Source of the DNA: Salisapilia sapeloensis CBS 127946
Taxonomy: Eukaryota > Protista > Oomycota
Assembly: GCA_023334545.1 (NCBI GenBank)
Contig: JAADVB010000111.1
Coordinates: 1 to 56,634, forward strand
Reading direction: 5' to 3'
Length of the DNA stretch: 56,634 nucleotides
Part shown: positions 23,310 to 32,718 of the stretch, piece by piece
Layout of the letters: the number at the start of each line of letters is the position of its first letter
Position numbering within the stretch: the stretch's first letter is position 1
Position numbers and translations under genes: made by a program
Notes under the pieces: generated by a model
What the model was told of the DNA's origin: nothing
Databases searched by the model: none
Seen by the model: only the letters and a program-made list of their open reading frames with translations

Positions 23310-24530
23310 ATGGACGAACTCAGTACTTCCGCCGGCACGGACGAGAGCATCTTACGGGACTTGCTCGACATTCTCGGTCCAGAGCAGGCCGCTACTGATG
23401 GGTCTACATCCAATGACACGAACTCTCCTCCAACTTCTGCGCCTCGGAAACCACAAAAGAGGGAGCAGAACCAATGGCGAAAGCGGATGCAGAGCGAATT
23501 AAAGTCCCTGCGACTCGAAAGCGCCGAGTTAGAGTCCACACTGCAGCAACTAAAGGAAAGAAGCAATGACCTTCGTGCCCATCATAACACGAACCAGTAC
23601 CAAGGTCCATGGCAGCGATACGCCGTCTTACAATGCGATTTGCGCAACCAAAGTGAAGCCACGCGAAAGCAGTTGAAAGCCATCCAAGCTTCCCAACAGC
23701 AATTGATCAACGCAATGAAGCCAGTGATAAGCCCGAATGTCTTCGCTCAACTAGCAAACTGTTCGTACTATCAAATCTCGATCCATGATCTCGATGCGTA
23801 CGGCCAAGGCATGGTCAATCGTGCCATCCATCGCATCGTTTCAAAGCACGAGTCGATTGATAAACTACTCGAAGCGAACCATATTGCATGTGACTCGAAT
23901 AACAACTACAAAGTTCGACTAGCGGACAATAAAGAAGGCAAATTATGTCTTAAGGCAGTCGATTGCTACGAACTACCGTACGATCTCCAAACGTGCTTCG
24001 TCGCAACGAAAGATAGTTTCTATAATGACCTAGGTGCACCTGCCATGGATATTTGGAACCATGGCGAGAACGAAGTCGTCGGATTACGATTCTTATGTCG
24101 CTATCGATCGATCGCACAGGATGAAATGTGTCTCGTCAAGTGGTTTGAAGACGTCAGTCCGACGGGTAGACATCGATATCTACTAACGTGGGAAGCAGAA
24201 GCTGCTGGAGATAGCGTCGTGGCGCAGACGAGGGCGGCAGAATCCGGCTTTTGTCTCCTGGAGCCGGTAGCGCATGGCAAAACGATCTTCAAGAGCATCG
24301 TGGAAGTCGATGTGAAGGATGAGTTGGGTGCAGGACGATTGACGATTGGAGCCGATGGGGCGAATGCGTTCCAGACGTCTTACGCGGCGTATATGGATGA
24401 CATTGTCGAGCAGGTGAATGCGAGGATGTTCCACGACAGCTTGGCTGGTGAAAGACCCGACCATGGCGTTCCTCGATGCTGGCAATTCTTTCGATATGGC
24501 GATGGCACACATGCCATCCAACGGACATGA
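23310..24530 (+). CDS. M96 mating-specific-family-like protein (bZIP-like coiled coil + START-like domain)
   Basis: QNQWRKRMQSELKSLRLESAELESTLQQLK then WQRYAVLQCDLRNQSEATRKQLK, the architecture typical of this oomycete family. First ATG at 23310. Confidence 0.6.
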   Translation: MDELSTSAGTDESILRDLLDILGPEQAATDGSTSNDTNSPPTSAPRKPQKREQNQWRKRMQSELKSLRLESAELESTLQQLKERSNDLRAHHNTNQYQGPWQRYAVLQCDLRNQSEATRKQLKAIQASQQQLINAMKPVISPNVFAQLANCSYYQISIHDLDAYGQGMVNRAIHRIVSKHESIDKLLEANHIACDSNNNYKVRLADNKEGKLCLKAVDCYELPYDLQTCFVATKDSFYNDLGAPAMDIWNHGENEVVGLRFLCRYRSIAQDEMCLVKWFEDVSPTGRHRYLLTWEAEAAGDSVVAQTRAAESGFCLLEPVAHGKTIFKSIVEVDVKDELGAGRLTIGADGANAFQTSYAAYMDDIVEQVNARMFHDSLAGERPDHGVPRCWQFFRYGDGTHAIQRT

Positions 24531-24594
24531 CTAGTTGTAGTAAGAGTGAATGAAAACCGTGAGTCGAGCGGTGGATCTTGGTGTATCTTTTGCA

Positions 24595-25097
24595 TTAGAA
24601 AGTAAAGAAAAAAAATAAATTGAAAGTAAGGAGACTTGAAGATAGCATTCGACTGCAACTGCTGTCCGATTCGGATTTGCTAGGATTAATATCCATGTGC
24701 ATATCGTCTACATCATGTTTGTTAATAAGATAGAGGAAGAGTATGGATGTAGGAAACCGTTCAAATGGTTTTTACCACTATCACAAGCATTTTGCATTTC
24801 CATGTTGAGGTGGTAGAAGTTCACACCATCATGATGACTGAATGACGTAGTACAATCGGGAAGTATATCTGCATCAGATGCGTATCGTTTTAAACAGGCT
24901 TCTTCACAGTTCAAGTACACTAGTCCGAGATTGAAATCATAGCAATAATCGAGCTCTTCGGCGTTTATTGCCATAGGCTTCGGTTTTACGATGTTCAGAA
25001 CTTCTTCAAATTCAGCGGCTGTGCACACGCGACCGTAGCTTGTTCGTGCGCATATCAAGTTCAACAGATAGAATAGAATGAAAGCGCGGCGATACAT
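24595..25097 (-). CDS. Elicitin-like (ELL) secreted protein with putative GPI-anchor signal; complement(join(24595..24707,24776..25097)), 144 aa
   Basis: Signal peptide MYRRAFILFYLLNLICARTSYG; six Cys spaced C-26-C-11-C-3-C-13-C-22-C with elicitin-like LPDCT..GVNFY..AC. A 68-nt GT-AG intron (24708-24775) splices in frame to DDMHMDINPSKSESDSSCSRMLSSSLLTFNLFFFFTF*. Confidence 0.72.
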
Positions 25098-27224
25098 ATC
25101 GGCAAATAAGATGGTCGGAGGTAGCAGAGGTCTTTGTTGTGACTTGGAAAGCAAATTGGAAATTAAATTAAGGTAGGGATGGAGGAAGGAGATAGAGCTT
25201 CCATGAATATCGGCAAGGATGAGATGCGCTACATTCTTTTATCGCGTGATTGGCAATACATGTAAGATCAATGTACACATGGCTTCGATGTCTAGGTGGT
25301 GGCTTATGTCTGAGATATGATAAGAGAGTGGTAGAAGATAGTTTCGAATATCCGGAGGGAGCTAGAATAGAAGGGATGACGAATTAAGAACTTGGACTTT
25401 GAATGATAGATGACTGGCACCAGGATGCTTCGAAAGCAGGTATGGCACCATACGCAGAGAGTTGGGTACATCTAAAGAAGTGAATACCTAGTTTTATCTT
25501 GCTTGAGACAGAGCATGAATTATAAGCACCAGAAATAGGTACATGTGAGTAGATGCATGTGAACAAGTTCTTGCTATCATTAAAAGGTATCGATCTCACG
25601 TAGGTATTGTACGCACGCAAGCTCTATTGATTGAGCTGCGCCGAAAATTGATAGAATGGTCTACAAATGCAAATCAAGATTTAGTCTAAATGCTCGAATG
25701 GAAACTTTGTCGTGGGTGCCAAGAAGGAAGAGTATGCTCGGGCAAGACTATCTCATTAGCTCTTTGTCGAACCCTGCTGCTGCCACGTCACTTGGCTTTT
25801 TCGAAGGCTATATATATATATAGGTTCACAGCATACACTTCTGCATCGCAAAGCTCCGTGACAATATTTTCTGGCAGTCCTCTCAACTGGAAAAATGCAG
25901 TGGCCACACTCATGGCTTATTATTTTGCTCAGAGAGGCAGCGACGATGTAAGCGATACGACTGATTCACTCAACTAGCTATTCTGTAGTTGAAAACGTCT
26001 TGGCATCGGATTGAATCTCACCCTTGCATTCTAGGGATGATACATGTATCCTCATGTTGAAAGCATTTTAGAAGGTTAGTTTAGTATCCACTAAACTATT
26101 AAAACTAACAGGCACGCGAGCTGCGATATGAAAGCGTCCACTTGCTTGCTATGAGTTGCATTCCAATGGCATCTATTCCACACTTGACGAAACCTGTCTA
26201 GGCAGTTAGAGCTAGAGATTGCATCTATAACCGAGGCTCGAGTATCGCAGATACTACGAGAGGGGTGGCGAACGCTGGATGTCAAGTAGAGTTGACCGTA
26301 CTTTCACCGAAACTTCGTACGTTGGGTGACATCTTTTGTGATTTTGAAGGAATGATTCGATTGGGACTTGCATTGCATCACCTGTCCTTTCAGCAGATGA
26401 GGCAGTCCTGGCTATTGCTGTAGTTGCTGCTATGCCAAACGTGTGGAATTCATTTACTTGGGTTTCATTTTTTGGTTTCGTTTGTATTAGGTGTTGCCGC
26501 TTGTTTGTACTAGTACAAACGATTTGCTACTCCGAATAGTCCAGGTTCTCGCAGCAATACAATACCTGCTACGGCCTTGAACGCTGGACTACATGCCGGT
26601 ATGACGGATACATGAAGACGTCAAGTCGAAGACTTGGTTACCAGTATCTGCTCAGACGGACTTGAAAGCTAGCCAAGCGAAAACACGCGCCGATGGCGGA
26701 TTAAGATCACAGCTGCTCGATTCGAATCTTTCTCACGCACAGATCCTAGCACATACATGTACCGGGGCTCTTCATATATCGCGCCAAAGTACATCTTCAC
26801 AGATGCGAGTAAAATGAAAAGCAGATTGTCGAATCGCATCTACGTGTTCTACGCTACGAAAGATAACGAAGGCAAATGCATAGAAATGTGCACAGCCATT
26901 GCTGAATAAAACCTCACCGAGCTACTCTTTCTATCTGCATCAAATCGGACCACTTCCATCATCTCCATCAAGTCTCTAAATGGATTTTATATTTCCATGT
27001 ATATCAGTATATTATATTCCTCGATCTCCATTTTCCTATGCTACCTTTGTCATCCTCTACTAACTCGGCGGGAGTAAACATAAACTGAAGCTCACGCTTT
27101 TGCTGGTCGAGAGACCATCCTGAAGGATGGTGTACATCCTTTGGTGATCTCGACGCATACTCAGCTCAAAACGTTCGGCGCGTGCGTTTCGATCTCATTC
27201 ATCAAAAATCCAAGCACTGGAACA

Positions 27225-29492
27225 ATGTGGCGCTGTAAGAACCTCGTTCGCTCGGCGACGAAAGCTCGGTCGACCGTGTGGAAACGACACTTTAACAACT
27301 CGGATGAAAGTAACCTCGTGCCGGTCGAAAGTCTCTACGTGACGTCCACCGATTCCGTTGGCAAGACGGCACCAGTGCTACTAGGTCTATCCAACATCCT
27401 CGAGCAGAAGTTCTCGTCCGTCGGCTACTTCCGTCCGATTACACCAGCCATGGACTCACCAGCGGCGGATGGCCACCTTCCGCTCATGCAAAGTGAGTTG
27501 GAGCTAAACAAAGGTCTCGACCATCTCTACGGCGTCACAAATGACTACGCCATCGACTGCTGGCTAAATGGCAAGTCGGACGAGCTACTAGATGAAATTC
27601 TAGACAAATTTGAGAAATGTCGACAGGATCACGATTTCATGATCATCGAAGGCTCGCCGATTGCCAAGAACGAAAGCGGTATGAGCTGGAAGATGCATGC
27701 AGAGATCGCGAAAACGATTGGTTCGCCAGTGCTGCTCGTCTCGGATTTCGCAAACCAGCGCGGATCGAATGAAACGGTCGCACGAGAGATGGCGGCGAGA
27801 GCTGCGCTAGGAAAGGACCAGGTCCAAGGCGCTGGACTGACGTTCTTCGGAAGCATCGCCAACCGCGTCCGATCATCCAATCCGCACGACTTGAAGGAAT
27901 CAGTGAAAGAACGATTTGAACAGCAAGGTCTTCCGTTCCTAGGCTTCTTGCCGATGGACGAAACGATCGCGTCGAAGCGTTTAAATGAAGTGACAGCTAG
28001 GTTAGGTGCTAAGAAGTTGTTCGGATCGAAAGACGTTCCGGACAACGTTGTCGTACGCGAAGGTGTGGTCGCTACGAGTCACTTGAAAGAGTTGTTTGAT
28101 CATTTAAAAGCACATGACGATGGAATCATGGTCATTACGTCTGCCGACCGATCGGACATTATGCTCGGTCTCCTTGCCTCTCGTATCCCAGGCGTCCTCC
28201 CGAGCGTCGCCGGCATCCTCCTAACGAATGGCGATTACCCACACAGTAACACGACGGAGATCCTCAAGGGCGTCGCGGATTTGGACACTTCGGGCATGTC
28301 CATCCCGATTTACTCCGTCCCGACGGACACGTACTCGACGGCCGAAGCGTTCGGTCAGATCTCGTCTGACATCCTGCCCACTAGTGTTCGTAAGATTTCC
28401 CAGTGCCGAACGCTATCGGAAGAGTACTTGGAAAAGGAGATGCTGGTTGGTAACATCGATCAAGGACACGTCGTCCACCGATCGCCAAAGCAGTTCAAGC
28501 ACTTTGTCTTCAACAAGGCACGTGCCATCCAGCGCCACATCGTCCTCACGGAAGGAGAAGATGTGCGTGTCCTCCAAGCTGCTGACGAAGTGCTACGACA
28601 GCACTTGGCAAAGGTTACCATCCTTGGTAACCCAGAGGACATCCAGCTGCACAGCAAGCAGCTCGGACTCGACCTCTCTGGTGCCAACATCGTTTCTCCA
28701 GCTGAAAGCGACCTCCTAGACGGATACGCCAAGAGCTTTTACGAAAAGCGAAAGCATAAGGGCGTGACGATGGAGTCAGCACGGGACATGGCTGCGGACG
28801 AAACGTACTTTGGTACGATGATGGTCGAAGCTGGCGATGCTGACGGTATGGTTTCTGGCGCGTGCCACACGACTGCGAACACCATCCGACCGGCACTACA
28901 GCTCATTAAGACGTTGCCGGACCGACCACTCGTGTCCAGCATCTTCTTCATGTGCCTCGAAGACGGCGTCCGGATCTACGGTGACTGCGCTGTCAACGCG
29001 GAACCGAGCGCGGAGGAGCTCGCACAGATCGCTATCACGAGTGCCGAGAGCGCAGTGGGCTTCAACATGGTCCCGCGTGTGGCTTTGCTGTCGTACGCGA
29101 CGGGAGACAGCAACAAGGGTCCGATCATTGATAAGGTCCGAGAGGCGACGAAGATGGCACAGGAGATGCGTCCGGACTTGGATATTTACGGCCCGATCCA
29201 GTACGACGCCGCTGTCGACGCATCGATCGCCAAGACGAAGCTTAAGTCCGACGAGACTGGCGCCAAGGTCGGTGGTCGCGCGAACGTACTCATCTTCCCG
29301 GACTTGAACACTGGTAACAACACGTACAAGGCCGTGCAGCAGTCGACGCAGTGCGTTGCCATGGGCCCGATGCTCCAAGGTCTTCGCAAACCTGTGAACG
29401 ACCTGAGCCGAGGCGCGACGGTCAAGGACATTGTCACCACCGTTGCCATCACGGCCATCCAGGCAGACCAAATGGAAAGTAACAAGGCATAA
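27225..29492 (+). CDS. pta: Phosphate acetyltransferase (class II, long form) with predicted mitochondrial presequence
   Basis: BioD-like N-domain (YVTST..VGKT..GYFRPI), DRTGG-like region (ITSADRSDI) and PTA_PTB domain (IVLTEGEDVRVLQAA, DGMVSGACHTTANTIRPALQ, DCAVN, YGPIQYDAAV, IFPDLNTGNNTYK, GPMLQGLRKPVNDLSRG). The N-terminus MWRCKNLVRSATKARSTVWKRHF is Arg/Lys-rich with no acidic residues. Confidence 0.95.
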   Translation: MWRCKNLVRSATKARSTVWKRHFNNSDESNLVPVESLYVTSTDSVGKTAPVLLGLSNILEQKFSSVGYFRPITPAMDSPAADGHLPLMQSELELNKGLDHLYGVTNDYAIDCWLNGKSDELLDEILDKFEKCRQDHDFMIIEGSPIAKNESGMSWKMHAEIAKTIGSPVLLVSDFANQRGSNETVAREMAARAALGKDQVQGAGLTFFGSIANRVRSSNPHDLKESVKERFEQQGLPFLGFLPMDETIASKRLNEVTARLGAKKLFGSKDVPDNVVVREGVVATSHLKELFDHLKAHDDGIMVITSADRSDIMLGLLASRIPGVLPSVAGILLTNGDYPHSNTTEILKGVADLDTSGMSIPIYSVPTDTYSTAEAFGQISSDILPTSVRKISQCRTLSEEYLEKEMLVGNIDQGHVVHRSPKQFKHFVFNKARAIQRHIVLTEGEDVRVLQAADEVLRQHLAKVTILGNPEDIQLHSKQLGLDLSGANIVSPAESDLLDGYAKSFYEKRKHKGVTMESARDMAADETYFGTMMVEAGDADGMVSGACHTTANTIRPALQLIKTLPDRPLVSSIFFMCLEDGVRIYGDCAVNAEPSAEELAQIAITSAESAVGFNMVPRVALLSYATGDSNKGPIIDKVREATKMAQEMRPDLDIYGPIQYDAAVDASIAKTKLKSDETGAKVGGRANVLIFPDLNTGNNTYKAVQQSTQCVAMGPMLQGLRKPVNDLSRGATVKDIVTTVAITAIQADQMESNKA

Positions 29493-29608
29493 AATGTGAT
29501 TTTGAACAACATACTTCTTTCGTTTCTTTTAAGCTTAAATGATTGGAAAGAGTTATCTCAGAAACAAGCAGGAAGATATGTACTTTTAAATCGACTTATG
29601 TATATGTA

Positions 29609-31214
29609 TTAATAGAACGCAGTCTTTATGCCTTCCCCAGTGTCCTTAACAGGCGTCAGCTTCTCTAGCACTTTAGCGGTAATCTCTGGCTCGTCCAGTT
29701 TCTCTAGTAACTTGGCGTTCAACTGCTTCTCACGACTGTTCATCAGCGTACGTGGCAACTGGAGTGTCGATAACGGCTGATCCTTCTTCTGTTCATCAAT
29801 CTGTCGTAATAGCTGTTCCTGGAACTTGACGTTATGCTTCCTTCGCCTCTCTAGCTTCATTTTTTGCTCTTCTGCCGCAGCTTTCGAGTCGCTCACCACT
29901 AGCTGCGCATAGTCCAGATCCTCCACTATTTCCTGATGCTCACGCTCTTGCTTCTGCGCTTTCTGCAGACTCAGAAACTTTTTGTACTCGAGCTCCTCCT
30001 GCTTACGTTTCGCAGCCTTCCGCTCTTCTTCCTCCACTTCCCGTAGATTCTTCTGTCGCTGATACTCCTCCGCACGTCGTTCGTCCACTCGATCCTTCTC
30101 CACTTGCTTAGCATGGATAGACGATGCGATGCTGTGTTCAATCTCGCTCAAACGCTTCAGTCGAAGCTCCATCGCCTCTGCTCGCTCCCGTTCTTCCTTA
30201 TCGAGCTTCTCAGCGTATGCACGCATGAGCTCTACATCCGTTTCCTGCTCTTGCTGTCGCTGACGATCCTTGGCAACTTGGATGGACGCATTAAGTGACT
30301 GCAGCTTCTTCGTACGTTCTCTCTCAGCCTCCTTCTTCTTCAGCATCTCTTCTTCTCGACGACGTAACTCCTTCTTCACACGCTCGACTTCGGCTGCATC
30401 GTTCAACCGCTGCATCTCCAATTGATGCTGATGACGCTCTTGCTGCTGACGGAGCTGTTCATCACGTTCTTGACGCACACGATGGACTTGAGCGATTTGC
30501 TCCTGCCTCTTTCTCTTCTCCTGCTCTCTCCACTCAGCCAAACTCTGTTGCTGTCGTTCCAAGTCGAGCTGTCCCTCTTCCTTGGCTCTTTGGATCGCAG
30601 CTTCTTTCTCAGCCTTTTGAGCATCCAACCAAGCTCGTTGAATCTTTTTCTTCTCAACCGTACGTGCCTTATCTTTCTCCTTCTCCTTCTCATACTCGAC
30701 GAGTGTCAATGCATTCAAGAGGACCCATTCATCCTGACCTTTCAACGAAGAAACGGAGCTTTTACTCATTCCTTTCGACACATGACGTTCATCCGAATCG
30801 GATGTTTCGTTCGCTGATACCTTTGAGTTTGTTGGAAGTGTAGACACTCGACTACGCTGCCGCTCGAGACTTGTTCTCTTAACCACAGCTTCTAAAGCAT
30901 TCATATCGCTCTTGAGGATGCGACGACTGGAATGAAGCATCAGACGATTCGTCATAGTCCGAATGGACTCCGCAAACTCTGCGTCGTTCCGCGCATACTG
31001 AGCACAGAGTTTGGCAGCAAACGCGTCTGCCACAACCTGTCGCTTATCGCTCTTCTTCTCTTCCTACTCTTACATGAGATCAACGATATAGAAACTACTT
31101 ATACATTTAAGTTACTTTTAAAAGGAGAGCAATGGCCTTGTCACGCGTGTTCTGGGTCGGTGTCTTCCGGACTTTGGCGCCAGCACTACGACTCAATCGA
31201 GTGTTCATGTCCAT
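29609..31214 (-). CDS. Long coiled-coil protein, possibly flagellar (trichohyalin-plectin-homology-like); complement(join(29609..31063,31116..31214))
   Basis: A 52-nt intron (31064-31115) supplies an ATG start (MDMNTRLSRS..LLLK|EEKKSDKRQVVADAF). The body is E/K/R/Q-rich helical sequence with a DEW..QRAWLDAQ motif. The flagellar role is inference only. Confidence 0.7.
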
Positions 31215-31318
31215 GCAAGTGATAGTCTCGTTTTGAATCCAGCGATCACAAGCTCATGTCTTTCCTTCGGACCTTATTTTAGCACCCAAGGTGCTATAAA
31301 TAGTTTCCACTGGTTCGT

Positions 31319-32521
31319 TTAAGCTTTCACGAGTGATACAATCTTTTTACTCACAGCGTCTTGATGATACCCGACTTCGAGCTCCGATTGAAGGATACGA
31401 AAATCAAATGCAGAAGCAAAGATATTCGTCATGATCTCACCGGAACGATAGAAATCTTTTTCTGTTGTTAAAATGACAACAGGAACACATAATCGATTGG
31501 CAATCTGTGTCGCTTGATCACGCACAGACGCCAAGTCCGTTGCTGTGAATGCGTGATGGTCAGGATAGACCTCCATCTCCACTGTCGACCAGCAGCCCAT
31601 GCCTTCTACAGCAAGCTGGACCGACTCTGGGTTGCCAACGCCACATAAGATTAATGCTGCTTTACCTTGCATCTGCTCTATCAAAGCACTACAGTAGCTA
31701 CTTTTATCTATCGGCTGCCGTCGTTGGAGAGCGAGGGCAGTAGGTAGTGCCACCAGCTTCATACGAGACGTGGCTACAATCGCCTTACAGCCAGGGATTG
31801 TATCGAGAAAGGATTGGAATTGGGCTATTTCTGTCGTTTCTGATAATGCATCGGAAGGATGATAGGCATGGTGTAAGAGAATAATATCAGCGCGTTCGAG
31901 CGCGACGGAAGGTTCTTCTCGAAGACTGCCACATGGGAGGAGCCGTCCGTTGCCAAACGGATGCATAGCGTCGATCATAATAACTTCTAAGTCCTTGTGG
32001 ATATGCCATTGCTGCAGTCCATCATCTAAGAGAATGCAATTCACTTGATGATGATACTGTTCGACTGCTTTTCTGCCAGTTGTAAGGCGATCTGACCCGA
32101 CGGATATGTTTGCATACGGGTACTTATCATGTAGCATTCGCCACTCATCATCTCCATAGCCCTACGATTTTAAATGTATCAACACAAATGCAAAGAGGTA
32201 GAAAATAAACCAACTATATACTCTTGTAAGGAGAATGGGTGACTGCTGATTAGACGCATCTTTCAAAAGCTTCAATAGGTACATGACGAATGGTGTTTTG
32301 CCTGTTCCTCCAAACGTAACGTTCCCAATACTAATAACAGGCACTTTCGATGCTATTACATGACGCTCCTGTAGCCGCTCCATTCGTCTACTACGCATAA
32401 AGTGCTGATATACAGCATCCAACCCCATCGGTTGCTTCCAATGATACTTGTATCCATCAGGTGTAGTCATATAGTCCACTACGCGACGATGAATCCATCG
32501 CCTAAGTCCATTGTAATCCAT
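31319..32521 (-). CDS. lpxK: Tetraacyldisaccharide 4'-kinase (lipid A biosynthesis); complement(join(31319..32161,32222..32521))
   Basis: VPVISIGNVTFGGTGKTP (P-loop); LLTR|GYGDDE across a 60-nt intron (32162-32221); VGSDR, ILLDDGLQ, PFGNGRLLPCGSLRE, CGVGNPESV, YPDHHAF, LTTEKD. All LpxK signature motifs are present in order. Confidence 0.93.
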
Positions 32522-32718
32522 TTCGCGTGCGTGGCAGTATGTACTTTCCCTCGATCTTGGAATTTGTATGCCATTTGGAAACAAAGATCAATAACATCTT
32601 TTATTCTGCTACGCTATACTACATCAACTATAGTCCCATAAAACTTCCTCTTGGCGTGTTCCCCATCAATTGACAACCAACGGACGAGAGCTATCGAGGT
32701 ACCTCTGATACTATTGTC

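Noticed and set aside
25808-25822. (TA)n microsatellite
   Set aside because: An ordinary short tandem repeat.
26077-26098. 9-bp stem-loop TAGTTTAGT-ATCC-ACTAAACTA
   Set aside because: It is short and AT-rich, within chance expectation; bacterial-style terminators are not relevant here.
26503-26520. Perfect 18-bp palindrome GTTTGTACTAGTACAAAC
   Set aside because: About 0.2 such palindromes are expected by chance in 56 kb at uniform composition, and there is no supporting context.
25154-27141. 2-kb spacer with fragmentary hydrophobic reading frames near 26400-26610
   Set aside because: The frames are interrupted and match no family I recognise; possibly a relic, but unsupported.
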